From contig OX597837.1 of assembly GCA_951406725.2 (NCBI GenBank), positions 13,206,001 to 13,270,000 on the forward strand: a stretch of 64,000 nucleotides of DNA. Reading direction: 5' to 3'. The DNA comes from Octopus vulgaris (Eukaryota). The position numbers and the translations under genes were made by a program. This document shows positions 25,591 to 38,262 of this stretch, in pieces; the stretch's first letter is position 1; the number at the start of each line of letters is the position of its first letter. The notes under the pieces are model-generated. The model worked only from the letters and a program-made list of their open reading frames with translations. It searched no databases and was not told the DNA's origin.

Positions 25591-25619
25591 CGGCTGTCTT
25601 GCCAGAGAGAGTGATTTGA

Positions 25620-25715
25620 GTTTAGCGGGCCTAAGGGATCGTTTCCCGCACATGCGCATGGGGAAGACTTCCGGTGGCCACCCAGAAGTAGTCCCATTCT
25701 GCGCATGCGCGCTGA
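25620..25715. promoter_or_regulatory. Housekeeping-type promoter (NRF1 and ETS/GABP motifs) in a CpG-rich patch
   Basis: GCACATGCGCA near 25648, ACTTCCGG near 25667 and TGCGCATGCGC near 25700, all within about 65 bp. Confidence 0.7.
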
Positions 25716-26741
25716 ACCCTACACAGTAGCATCACTACATGCTTATAGTTAAAAAGGTTATATTGGACACGATGGCCCGATAGAATACAATATGAAGAAG
25801 TTGAAGGAATGGCTTTTCTTAAGCTATAGAGAACAATAATTCAGTTCAGACTTTGATATATTTCTTTGTATTTCCTCATTTATTTATATTTTTACCTCAC
25901 AGAGTTTAAGCGAATGAGGGAAAGTATGTTAGTATGTTAATGTGCTCTAAACTGGCTGCCCAAACAGAAAGAGAGGATGAAACTGTGTGTGAGGGAGAGG
26001 GTGATTGAGAAAGAGAAAGATGCATGATGAAAAACACCGGCTCTCTCCCCCTCCCTCCCTCCCTCTCTCTAATTAATTTCAAAAAGTGGTTTCCGTTATA
26101 TATTATGCATAGTAGTCTCAAAGCAAAAACTTGTTGAGGATTTGAGGAGACTCGCTGATTGGCCATTTATAACAAATGGAAAGAGTGAAGTTGTTTGGTT
26201 AAATCGGTTCGTCTTTTGGTACAAGTTTATATTTGGAATAAATTTGGCCAATGGGATAACTTTAGCAATTTCGACTGTAGCTATAAACTCATGGCCAGAT
26301 CGAATGGAATACGCTATCTTCCTAAGAGATAAACTATCTATCAGTCGATAGATAGATAGAAAGAGAGAGAGAGATTTGATCCTCCCTCAGGGTTCAAAAA
26401 AGTAGTAATAAAATTATGATCTGTTTGAAGTATCATCACGCCTTCTAAAACTGATGGAGATAAAAGAATTGCATCTTATTCTAAGAAGGTAAACTTTTGT
26501 GATGCAATGCAAAAAGTGCATCCAAAGCTGCAGTTATTATTGAGTGACATTGAAAAGGTTCACTAGAATATATATTCTTTTATTCTTTTACTTGCATCTT
26601 ATTCTATGAAAGAAATATTACTGTTACTTTCGTCAGAGCTATTTTTGGTTATAGCAAGCAGAGAACCGAAGGAATGGCTATTGTATGGGGAAGGGTGGGG
26701 AGAGAGAGAAGATGGAAAGATGCAAGTAGAATGGAGAACAT

Positions 26742-27130
26742 TCTTTTATTTGTTTACTTGTTTCAGTCATTTTGACAGCGGCCATGCTGGAGCACTGCCC
26801 TTATAGTGGAACAATTTGATCCCAGGACTTTATTCTTTGTAAGCCTAGTACTTACTCTATCAGTCCCTTTTGCTGAACTGCTAAGTTACAGGCACATAAA
26901 CACACCAACAAAGGTTGTCAAGCAATGGCAAGGGGACAAATACATGCACACAAACACACATTTACATATACAACGGGTTCCTTTCAGCTTGTGTCTACCA
27001 AATCCACTCACAAAGCTTTGGTCGGCCCGAGACTATAAAAGAAGACACATCCCAAGGTGCCACACAGTGGGTCTGAACCTAGAACCATGTGGTTGGGAAG
27101 CAAGCTTCTTACCACACAGCCATGCCTGCG
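26742..27130 (-). mobile_element. SINE family A, full length
   Basis: Matches family A; explains most of the 255-aa ORF. Confidence 0.85.
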
Positions 27131-27134
27131 ACAT

Positions 27135-27530
27135 TTCTTTTAGTTTCTGTCAACTAAAGCCATACTCAAAGCTTTGGTCGGCCTGGGGTCATAGCAGAAG
27201 ACACTTGTCCAAGATACCATGCAGTGGGACTGAACCCAGAGCCATTTGGTTGGAAATCAAACTTCTTAACACAGAACCACATGCAAAGTACTTTTTTCTC
27301 TCAGTATCTACAAGTGTTGTATGTTCTTACTCTTTGTTTATATATATATATAGATGCAAGGCTTCTGTGGAGTTTATATATATAATGTATACAATAACGA
27401 TAACGCTGACAGATACAAGAGGAAGTTCTTTAAGTGGCACTGGGTGCGTGGAAACATATACAGAGTGGTGGTGGGGGATGTGCTTATATCATTCATGCAC
27501 TTACAGAAAGTTTTTGTACTTCAAAGTAAT
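27135..27530. repeat. Right arm of the inverted duplication (partner 24385-24775)
   Basis: See the left arm. Confidence 0.9.
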
Positions 27531-27594
27531 TTCTTGGAAACATTCAGCCTTGAGCCTACCATGCATTATGTAAAGGAAACCACTTTTCAGTATA

Positions 27595-27795
27595 TCGGAA
27601 TTTTCCAGGAAATCCCTTTCCTCGGACTTTTCCAGGAAGTTCGCCTTTCCCTTCCTAGAAGTTTCTAGGAAGTCCCCTTCCTTAGACTTTCCCATGAAGT
27701 TCCTCTCCTCGGATTTTTCCAGGAAGTACACCCTCCCGTTCAAATCCCCATCCTTGGAATTTTCCAGGAAGTATCCCCCCTTAGACTTTCCCATT
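27595..27795. repeat. Minisatellite, unit about 28-30 bp, rich in TTCnnnGAA
   Basis: Unit ggacttttccaggaagtccccttcctc, about 6-7 copies. Confidence 0.85.
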
Positions 27796-27834
27796 TTATT
27801 CTCTTCTTAGACGTTACGTGTTCAAGGATATTCT

Positions 27835-28058
27835 TTTCTACTCTAGGCACAAGGCCTGAATTTTTTTTTCTTTTTGGTGGTTAGGGAGGGCAGTCTATTA
27901 GAATGACCCCAGTATGCAACTGGTACTTAATTTATCGACCCCGAAAGGATGAAAGGCAAATTCGACCTCGGCGGAATTTGAACTCAGGAGGTAGCAACAT
28001 ACGAAATGCCACTAAGCACTTCGCCCGGCGTGCTCACGTCTCTGCCAGCTCGCCACCT
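27835..28058 (-). mobile_element. SINE family B
   Basis: Matches the family consensus. Confidence 0.85.
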
Positions 28059-28534
28059 TGTTACATGGTCAAGGATATCACAAGGTACATACTGTCCTCC
28101 CTCACGCCTCCACAACCCACCACCAGTATGTTCGGTGCAAAGCCAATGTCAACAGTGATTGCATTTTTAAATATTTTAAACACACTCATCATTCAATCAT
28201 CCTTCAGAGTGTATAATTACCGTGTTCCGGCCAGACACTAATTAGATGTGTAATTAACAGAACGAAGCAGGTGGTAAATATCAATGAATATACGAAGACG
28301 TGAGAATACGGATGACTGCTCTGAGATAGCAACGGAATGTGTAAGGGGAGGGGAGTGATGAATAATCAGTGGTTCCTGTCTGTTATTACAACCATCTTCT
28401 TTCCTTGGGCCACCAGACTCAATACTCAATTAGTCCGATCTAAATCAGGTGAAGACCAATTCCGTCAGACCAACGGAAACTTGTAAGTAATCATCATGAA
28501 ATCCACCACAACCAGCTCAGAGTCGAGAATACAC

Positions 28535-28745
28535 ACTTAAGCCCTTCACTTCCTATGGAGCATAAGCCACCAGTGACATTTCTCCACTGTCCTCAATTCA
28601 AGGCTGTCTTTTCTGCTTCTTTCCCGCTGGATCCTTGCCTTTTCTTTGCAACTTCCTTTCGGATTTTTCTGCACCATGTCATATGTTTTTCCGGAGAGAA
28701 GGCCTTCCTCTCCCAGGACATATAAGCCACCACACTGCAGCCTGA
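28535..28745 (-). mobile_element. RTE-like LINE 3' remnant
   Basis: TWCRKIRKE..KEAEKTALN*GQWRNVTGGLCSIGSEG, an RTE-type C-terminus; related copies at 63.3-63.7 kb. Confidence 0.65.
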
Positions 28746-28964
28746 ACTGGACCCTGGGAAGGGTTCAAGGTCGAGTGATTGGTCACTGAATCGATTCCCT
28801 ACGAAGGACAAATTTAAGGACACAACCTGTCGCATAATTAAAGGGCAAAACCTGTTTTGGATGGATAAGCTGCTTGAAAGTCAACAATACCGAGATCCTG
28901 AGGAGGAGATGGTAACCACCAAGACTGTCAAACCCAATGAAAACCTTGAATAGGCGTTCATGTG

Positions 28965-29220
28965 TCTTTCTGTGTTGAGCCCTAGGACTCACAGAGTCGG
29001 TCACCTGTTTTCCATAGCATATAAGTGACCAAGACCACAATAACCCCCTGCACGGGATGCCAGTCCATTTCAGGGTTGTTCGCTTGCAGCTGAGTGGACT
29101 GGGGCAACAAGAAATGAAGAGTTTTGCTCAAGAACATAATGCACTGCTTTGTTCGGAAATGGAAACCACAGTCTAACGATCTTGAGTGCACACTCTAACC
29201 GTTAGGTTATGTGCGTTCAC
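28965..29220 (-). mobile_element. SINE family D (CORE plus V-like domain)
   Basis: tttgctcaagaac CORE motif; the minus strand has atggactggcatcccgtgcagggg. Confidence 0.7.
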
Positions 29221-30293
29221 TAAATGGTAGTAAAATTCTACATCGGGCCCAGGTTTATGAAGAAAATCCAAAACTAGGAAAGGTGGAAAATATTGGAAAA
29301 AAATATTCCAAGTGCTGCAATGGCAGAAATGCTATGGAAACGACTTGGCCTGTCTAACGGTCAATAAGATAAACAAATTCAAAACACAACAGCACCTGGA
29401 AAACTGGTGACTGTATCTTTAGCCTGATGAACGGGGCTTACTCCTCACCTATTTCTATAATCCTACGAAGATGGGTTCCACAAGCTGACTTGCTCTACAT
29501 CGTTTGTATTGCTTAAGGCAGCAAGTTGCCAGAAGTGTTAGGGCGTCGATAAAACGCTTTACAATATTTGTTCTGACCCTTTATATTTTGAGTTCAAATC
29601 TCGCTGAGGTCAGTTTTACCTTTCATCTTTTCGGGGTCGATTAAATAAAGTATCTATCAAATACTCGGATCAATGTAATCGACTAACCGCAGCCGTCAAA
29701 ACTGCTGGTCTTATGCATTAATTAGAAACAATTATTTATTGGTTGAATTATTTAACCGAATTTAGGGCTGTGAATCGATGGAGTTGTTATAGCATCGAGA
29801 AAATTACTTTGCGATGTTCCTTCAGAATCTTTATTTTCTGAATTTAAATCACGCCGAAGTCAGTTTTGCTTTTCACCTTTCTCGGATCGATGAAATAAAA
29901 TAGTAATACTAGAATTGATTCATTTGACTATATCTCACATAAAAATTTTCTGGCTTTGCGCTTACATACGGCATTATTTTTTCACTGAATACGAAGTCAG
30001 GTCTCTTGATACTCAGACTGAATTTCTATAAGTTTATGTCTATAAGAAAGCAAAATGGGCAAGATATGGAAGCTCCGAAGAACTGCAGTTCCAGAGAGAA
30101 AATGGGTAAAATAGTATAGTTATGTTTTATCAAATATTTCAAAACTAAAAGGTTTTAAAGATTTTTTCGTTACCCTTTCAATATTTCATCGCTGTTTAAG
30201 GCAACGAGCCGACAGAATTGTTAGCACTCTGGGCAAAATACTTCGCGGCATTTCATTCTTCTTTACAAAGATCCTGAACAAATATAGCACCAC

Positions 30294-30473
30294 AAGATGG
30301 TTAAGCCAACAGAGGGATCTACATGGCCTAACTTTCTTGACAGAGGAGGGTAAACAGTTCGTCCAGTACCCACACGTCTTTCTATTGTGGCAGAGGTCAA
30401 TAAAAGAGAAGTCCACTACTACCTCCATTTTGGCCTCTGGGTATTTCTAGGGGTGACTGTTCTCCACTCTGTC
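30294..30473. repeat. About 180-bp direct repeat, copy 1, interrupting a family B SINE
   Basis: Colinear with 31206-31389. Confidence 0.9.
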
Positions 30474-31205
30474 AAATTCTGTTGCTATTTCTTTCCTCCT
30501 TTCGAGAGCTATAAAATAAGTACCAGTTGACCACTGGGGCCGATGTAATCGACTTATCCCCGCTGCCCTGAAATTTCTAGCCTTGTGCCAAAATTTGAAA
30601 CCTATATTACACTACTCTTTTTGTTGTGGACAAGGGGAGCAATTAGTAGAGTCTGGAGTAGAATGTGGTGCTATATTTGTTCAGGATCTTTACAATTCAA
30701 GTTCAAATCCCAAGGTTGATTTTGTCTTTCATTCTTTTGGAGTGGGTACAAAAACAAGACCCTGATGCAGCCTTCCCTCTAGCTATCATACCCTGGGTGT
30801 TCTGCTGAGTCAGGTTTGAGAGGACTGAGTATTTTTGTCTACTCTTAACTATAGAGGAACTTAAAAGAACCAGCGAAAACATTGTACGGGCTACAAATTT
30901 ATAATCAATCGAGGGGGGGGGAGCCGTGGTTTAGTTTAGAACGTAACTTATAGGGTTGTGGTGGAGGGAGGGAGCAAGAGAGAGAGAGAACCGCTGATAC
31001 AGAACTACAAATCAACAAGGAAACAACATTAGTTTAATAATGGAACTAATTCGTCGCCGACATTTACATCAGGAGAATTGCAATGACAAATATAGATCAT
31101 ACAAATGGAGAAAAACATTCTATTTGTATTCATTTTCCTCGTATAAGAGCGGTAATGAAATTGATAGCTTTTAAATTAGTGGAAATTCCAGCTAAATGTA
31201 ATTAA

Positions 31206-31389
31206 AAGATGGTTAAGTCAATAGAGGGTCCTATGTGGCCTAACTTCCTTGACATAGGAGGGTAAACAGTTCATCCAGTCCCCACACGTCTTTCTATTGC
31301 GGGAGAGGTCAATAAAAGAGAAGTATGCCCACCACTGCCTACATTTTGGCCTCTGGGTATTTCTAGGGGAGACTACTCTCCACTCTGTC
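31206..31389. repeat. About 180-bp direct repeat, copy 2
   Basis: Colinear with 30294-30473. Confidence 0.9.
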
Positions 31390-31434
31390 GCAAGCATTTG
31401 GATTATGTCTCCCAACCGAAGATAACTTGATACC

Positions 31435-31665
31435 TATTTCTTTACTACCCACAGGGCGCTAAACACAGAGAGGACAGGCAAACAGATTAAGTCGATTACA
31501 TCGACCCCCCCCCCTCAGGGCGCAGCTGGTACTTATTTAATCGACCCCGAAAGGATGAAAGGCAAAGTTGACCTCGGCGAAATTTGAACTCAGAACGTAA
31601 CGGCAGACGAAATAGGGCTACGCATTCCGCTCGGCGTGCTAACGATTCTGCCAGCTCGCCGCCTT
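31435..31665 (-). mobile_element. SINE family B with 19-bp TSD
   Basis: ccgaagataacttgatacc at 31416-31434 and 31668-31686. Confidence 0.95.
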
Positions 31666-32325
31666 ATCCGAAGATAACTTGATACCCTGATGCATTGCTG
31701 TTTCCTATTGCAGGAAACTCGTGAATAACGGCTTCTTCTCTTTACTCCGTCCTACAAGTCTTGGTTGCCATGCAAAGGTTATGGGCGTCGCCATTTCTCT
31801 TCTAGGCCGTAAAAATAAATACAAAACAACAACAACTACTACAACCACCATTGCCACCACTACCAAAATAGAATGACATTTCGTACTAAATGTTTGAATT
31901 TGTTATTTCCACTGTAATACGAAGGGACACTAACCCCTCGTTTTTCTGTTGGTGGTTATGGAGGTACTACTTGAGAACAGTGGTCCCGCTGCGCGTACTC
32001 GTGCATCCGCGCTAGCTAGTCATGACTAGTCGATCTTTTGTGTGTTGTTTACTTTGTTTGTGGATTTGGTTGACGGAAACTGAAAGAGGTTTACAAAGAA
32101 TAAGTCCTGCGATCGATTTGCTCGACTAAAGGCGGTGCTCCAGCATGACCGCAGTCAAATGACTGAAACAAGTAAAAGAGAGTGGACGTATAGAGTAAAC
32201 AACCGACGAAGGCAAACACTAAGGGCCGTTGGGCCAAGACATGTTATATAAAATCATAATTAACGGATCCTCCTCTATTTTCTTTTCCCCAAAGCCAGGA
32301 ACTTTTCAGCACCCCCCTCCTACAT

Positions 32326-32371
<46 letters not shown>

Positions 32372-33210
32372 TTTTCTTTTACGCACACGCACTCACATAT
32401 ATTCGTATCTGTGCTTGTATTTATGTGTGTATGTATGCACACACACACACATGCATATATAACGTTTTGTACTGAGTATTTTTATAGCATTTAGGCATTC
32501 AAATGTGCGTATATTATTTATACATACATACAGACAGATAGATAAACACACACATACACACATGATGTTTGCAACTGGATTTCGAGCAATGCCATCGCTT
32601 GTCTGTTGTGTTAAACAGGCAGAGTAGAGACGTGGCATTTCAATCCTGCTAAGGACCGACGCTCCTTTGCACAGATGAGGCAACGATGGGCGCCTCTAGC
32701 AGCAGGTGTTCAGAGAACTTCCCACCCACGCTGAGACGTGCCTTCATTCCATCGTGGAATCTTTCATTGAGCGTGTTGCCTTTTTCGGCTACGACCAACT
32801 ATGATATGCATCGCATAATAAAGATGTTAAAAATCAAGGGGTATCTTATACCTGAAGCTTTTTTAATTGTGGAAAGGCCTTGCACAGAGCCAATCCCCGT
32901 CTCTAAACAACATATGTCTATACCGCTCACATTTTACACTCAAGACTGAACACACGTCTCTCATACCTCTTTCCACCCATACAACCAGCGCTGGATTAAC
33001 CATTAAGGAAAATGAACAAGTGCTTAGGGCATGAAGGGAAGTAGGTGGGAGGGAGCATCACAGAAATGGTAAATGGTTTACGGAACAAAATGAAATCACT
33101 TTGAACTTGCTAAAGTAATATTCCAAGTGTTTATGGTGTCATAAGTGAGGGTCCAATCAAAGACTTTGCAATAAAGTAGAAGAAAACTTTTCAAAGACAG
33201 TCGAAATACA

Positions 33211-33566
33211 TATTTCTTTACTACCCACAAGGGGCTAAACATAGAAGGGACAAACAAGGACAGACAAACGGATTAAGTCGATTACGCGCACAGTGCGTAA
33301 CTGGTACTTATTTAATCGACCCCGAAAGGATGAAAGGCAAAGTCGACCTCAGAACGTAAAGGCGGACGAAATACCTGTTTCTTTACTACCCACAAGGGGC
33401 TAAACACAGAAAGGACAGACAAACGGATTAAGTCGATTACATCGACCCCGAAAGGATGAAAGGCAAAGTCGACCTCGGCGGAATTTGAACTCAGAACGTA
33501 GCGGCGGACGAAATACGGCTACGCATTTCGCCTGGCATGCTAACGTTTCTGCCAGCTCGCCGCCTT
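33211..33566 (-). mobile_element. SINE family B dimer (one head, two bodies)
   Basis: Internal junction gacgaaatac|ctgtttcttta. Confidence 0.9.
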
Positions 33567-33590
33567 CTTGTGCCAATGTTTCAAAGCAAA

Positions 33591-33967
33591 AGGCGGAGAG
33601 CTGGCAGAAACGTTAGCACGCCGGATGATATGTTAAGCGGTATTTCGTCTGCCACTACGTTGTGAGTTCAAATTACGTTCTGAGGTCGACTTTGCCTTTC
33701 ATCCTTTCGGGGTCGATAAATTAAGTGCCATTTGAGCTCTGGGGATCGATGTAATCGACTTAATCCCTTTGTCTGCCCTTTCTGTGTTTAGCCCCTTGTG
33801 GGTAGTAAAGAAACAGGTATTTCGTCCGCCTTTACGTTCTGAGGTCGACTTTGCCTTTCATCTTTTCGGGGGTCGATAAATTAAGTACCATTTGAGCTCT
33901 GGGGATCGATGTAATAGACTTGTCCCTTCCGTCGAAGTTGCTGGCCTTGTGCCAAAGTTTAAAACCG
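33591..33967 (+). mobile_element. SINE family B dimer, head-to-head with the previous one
   Basis: Flanked by atgtttcaaagca at 33576-33588 and 33968-33980. Confidence 0.9.
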
Positions 33968-34455
33968 ATGTTTCAAAGCAGTTATTGTTTAAGCTTTTAA
34001 ATTTGCGTTTACAAATGCACGAGGTTATTCACACAGTGTAGAACGGGATAGTGAAAAAAAGAGGAAAAGAAAGAAAGATAGTGACTGCATTAGCAACTGC
34101 AGCAACAGATTATAGCGTTAACAACCGCATTCGCTGCATTTGCAACCGAAATAGCTAGAAATAAGAAGAAAAGCCGGTGGCTGCTTGAATGATAAAGACA
34201 ACATGAAAACTAGCAGCGACCTGACGTAGCAACAACGCCGATGGTGTCAGTAGTTGCGGTGTGAGGAGTGGGTTGCTGCGTTAGCAACCACAAAAAGAAA
34301 ATCGAACATCGTTCAGAGCAATAACAACAACAACAACAACAATAGTTGCTAACAATAAGAACTCACTCAACAACAGTTATTATGAACGACAACGACGGGT
34401 GGTGAAGTGACTCTGAATCGGAAGAGCATCGAATAAAATATCTTGCGGTATCTTC

Positions 34456-34549
<94 letters not shown>

Positions 34550-34855
34550 CTATCTCTCTCTCTCTCAACTATTTACGTTCTGAGGTCACATACGGCCGAG
34601 ATCAGCTTAGCCGTTCACCCTCGGGATCGATAAAAAGAAAGTACGAGTCAAGTACAGAGATCGATGGTATCGGCCAACAGGCGTGGCTGTGTGGTTAAGA
34701 AGCTCGCACTGCCACCGTGTGGTTTTGGGTTCAGGCCCACAACTGCGCGGTACCTTAGGCAAGTGTCTTCCTCGTTAGACCCGAGCCGGTCAATGCCTTC
34801 CGAATGAATTTGATAGACGGAAACTGTGTGGAAGCCCGTCGTATATATATATATA

Positions 34856-35256
34856 TTCTTTTACTTAATTCAGTCATTTGACTGCGGCCATGCTGGAGTA
34901 CCACCTTCAAAGGTTTTTTTTATCGGACAAATCGACCCAGGACATATTTTTAAAGCCCAATACTTATTTTATCGGTCTCTTTTGTCGAACCGCTAGTTTA
35001 CGGGGACGTAAATGCACCAACACTGGTTGTCAAGCGATGATGGAGGGGACAAATACAGACCCAAAGATACACACACATAAATATATACATATGTATATAA
35101 CGGGCTTCATTCAGTTTCCATCTCCCAAATCCACTCAAAGACATTGGTTGACCCAGGGCTTTAGTAGAAGACACTTGCCCAAGGTGCCACGCAGTGGAAC
35201 TGAACTCAGAACCATGTGGTTGGGAAGCAAGCTTCTTACCATGCACCCACGCCTCC
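34856..35256 (-). mobile_element. SINE family A nested in the TA linker of a plus-strand family A copy (head 34677-34842, tail about 35320-35490)
   Basis: The head and tail of the outer copy flank it. Confidence 0.8.
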
Positions 35257-37198
35257 ATATATTTATGTTTTCTGTACATTTGAACCAACCCCATATATAT
35301 ATATACATATATATAATTTGTGTGTGTGTGCGATTGTCCCCTCTGTGCTGCTTGACAACCGATAATGCTTTGTTTAGCAGTTCGACAGAAGAGACCGGAT
35401 AGAATAAGAATAGACTTGAAAATAAGTACTAGAGTCTATTCGAAGGCGGTACTCCAGCATGGCCACAGTCCAGTGACAGAAACAAGAGATACCACCCTCG
35501 CCTTGTAACTGCTGGCCTTGTGCCGAAGTCGACAACGTTTATAACCTAAAACAGCACCAATGAAATAGACACAACGATAAATACAACCCAAGAGCTGTAA
35601 CCTGATCAACGCGTGTGTCTTAATAGTTGATACTTACGGATGTGTGAACTTGCAAGTCGGGTGATATGAAAATGTTGTAAGTTCGAATTTCGCACATACC
35701 ATCCAATTTCTATTTTCATTTTCGAGCCGATGAGACAGTCTACGCACATTAGTCATTCTACTCGCTAGAAATAGCAACTAAATCTCATTTCAACTCCCAC
35801 TAAGGTCAACTGTGCTTTTTTCATCTTTCCATTCTGAAATTTTTGTTTTCAAATTTTGGCACAAGGCCAGCAACTTCAGGGGGAGGGGGTGAGCCGTTTA
35901 CATCGAACCCAGTACTTGACTGGTACTTATTTTATCGACTCCGAAAATAGGAAGGGCTAAGTCGACCTCAGCGGAATTCGAACTCAGAATGTAAAGACGG
36001 GTGATATGGCATTAAGCATTTTCCCCGGCGTGCTTCTCCCATTCTGAAATTGGTGAGGATGGAGTTTATCGATTCTATCAATCCGAGCACTACACTAATA
36101 CTTTATTTTATTGACCCCCGGAGGGACGAAAAGCTCAATCGACCTCGATAAGATTTGAACCTAGAACGTAATAAATCAAAAGAAATACTGCAAAGCAATT
36201 TTTCAGATGTTCTAACGATTCAGCAGCAACAACAACAGTGGGGGCGCAATGGTTAGGGCAGCAGACTCGCAGTTTCGATTCCCAGACCGGGCATTGTGAG
36301 TGTCTATAGAGTAAAAACATCAAAAGCTGCACGATGCTCCGGCAGGGAGGGGTGGTGAACCCCGCTGTACTCTTTCACCACAACTTTCTCTCACTCTTTC
36401 TTCCTACTTCTGCCACAAAGCAGAGGAACCATGGTGTGGTAAACTTTCAGACCCTAGTCTAGATTGCGTATCCTCTGTACCCCAGGATGGTTCAGCTCTC
36501 CACTCGTTAAAAGCCACCGTTTACGGAATGAGGATAACAACGTAGCTTTCGTGCCCGTGCAACCGCCAGTCTATCGCATATGGTGGGTGGATCTTCAAGT
36601 TGCCACACGCATTCTTAGTAGCTTAGAGTAGGCTCGAAGTAGAGACTATTCTTTGTGGCTAATGGCGTGAGTCCTGATTGGAAGAAGTTAACCAATGGAA
36701 ACGTGACTCTGCATTTATTTTTATTTTTCATATTTATATGCCTTAGCCTGACGTGGAAGGACAGACCCTTTCTAGGATCTCCAAGATCGACAGGATAATT
36801 CTAAGATATTTAGAATTCTGGCAGTGATCCACCTCTCTTCCAGACCATAAGTTATTCTCGGCCCCAGATGACCTTTTTTTTTTTTTTTTTCAGACATAAT
36901 ATATCACCTAGTATGTCCCTCCGCTTTTAAGGCAGTCGAGTGTGATTTGAGATAAATTTGGCTGTTATTTCTAGAAGGTACAACGACTGTATGGAGACTC
37001 CCTCATTGTCCTTTGGTATGCGAAAAAATGCTTCAGAAACATCTACAGAAATGGCGCATATTACGATACATTTCTCGATTTTATTTTTCATATTCGTTGA
37101 TATTTAAATAACAGATGGCTTTCATTAAACATATGAAGGGTTTTTTTTGCTTCGTATTTATTTCTCTTGTTTTTTTGTTTAGTTTATTAAATTTCAGC

Positions 37199-37454
37199 TT
37201 TGCTGGCAACATCCTTCTTGACATCAGATGGAATAATGCCAACCAACAAACAAAGATTGTTAATGTTAGTCCGCCTGAAACAACCTGATATATTTCGGCA
37301 TATCTCGCTGAGAACGATGTCCGGGGCTCTTGTATGTGAACAACTAACCCACAGTGAACATACACAATCCAAGACACCCAGTTATATGATGGCATATCCC
37401 GAGGACAACGATGTCCAGCGATCTTATATGCAAAAAGAAAATTCTAACACATAG
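37199..37454 (+). CDS. Candidate terminal coding exon, product unknown
   Basis: Strong T-rich acceptor ending aatttcAG, then an 84-codon non-repetitive open frame (LLATSFLTSDGIMPTNKQRLLMLVRLKQPDIF..). No family recognised. Confidence 0.25.
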
Positions 37455-37471
37455 CAGACCCGCATATTCTA

Positions 37472-38262
37472 TTTCTTTACTACCCACAAGGGGCTAAACA
37501 CAAAGAGGACAAACAAGGACAAAGGGATTAAGTCGATTATATCGACCCTAGTGCGTAACTGGTACTTAATTTATCGACCCCGAAAGGATGAAAGGCAAAG
37601 TCGACCTCGGCGGAATTTGAACTCAGAACGTAACGGCAGACGAAATACCTATTTCTTTACTACCTACAATGAGCTAAATACAGAGGGGACAAACAAGGAC
37701 AGACACACGGATTAAGTCGATTACATCGACCCCAGTGCGTAACTGGTGCTTATTTAATCGACCCCGAAAGGATGAAAGGCAAAGTCGACCTCGGTGGAAT
37801 TTGAACTCAGAACGTAGCGGCAGACGAAATACCTATTTCTAGTTCTTTATTGCACCACAAGGGGCTAAACACAGAGGGGACAAACAAGGACAGACATAGG
37901 TATTAAGTCGATTACATCGACCCCAGTGCGTAACTGGTACTTAATTTATCGACCCCGAAAGGATGAAAGGCAAAGTCGACCTCGGCGGAATTTGAACTCA
38001 GAACGTAGCGGCAGACGAAATACCTATTTCTATTTCTTTATTGCACCACAAGGGGCTAAACACAGAGGGGACAAACAAGGACAGACATAGGTATTAAGTA
38101 GATTACATCGACCCCAGTGCGTAACTGGTACTTATTTAATCGACCCCGAAAGGATGAAAGGCAAAGTCGACCTCGGTGGAATTTGAACTCAGAACGTAAC
38201 GGCAGACGAAATACCGTTAAGCGTTTCGCCCGGTGTGCTAACGACTATGTCAGCTCACCGCC
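37472..38262 (-). mobile_element. SINE family B concatemer: one head, four tandem ~180-190-bp bodies, single 16-bp TSD
   Basis: agacccgcatattcta at 37456-37471 and 38268-38283; three internal gacgaaatac|ctatttct junctions. Confidence 0.95.

Noticed and set aside
26806-27573. Longest ORF in the window (255 aa)
   Set aside because: Antisense read-through of SINE A copies and the duplicated arm.
32688-32703. CTCF-like gggcgcctctagcagc
   Set aside because: One base short in the core spacing.
34878-35402. 174-aa ORF and the many similar CPRCHAVGLNPEPCGW ORFs
   Set aside because: Translations of the family A SINE.
37472-38262. CRISPR-like or assembly-stutter explanation for the tandem units
   Set aside because: No unique spacers or cas genes; the units differ from each other and share one TSD.
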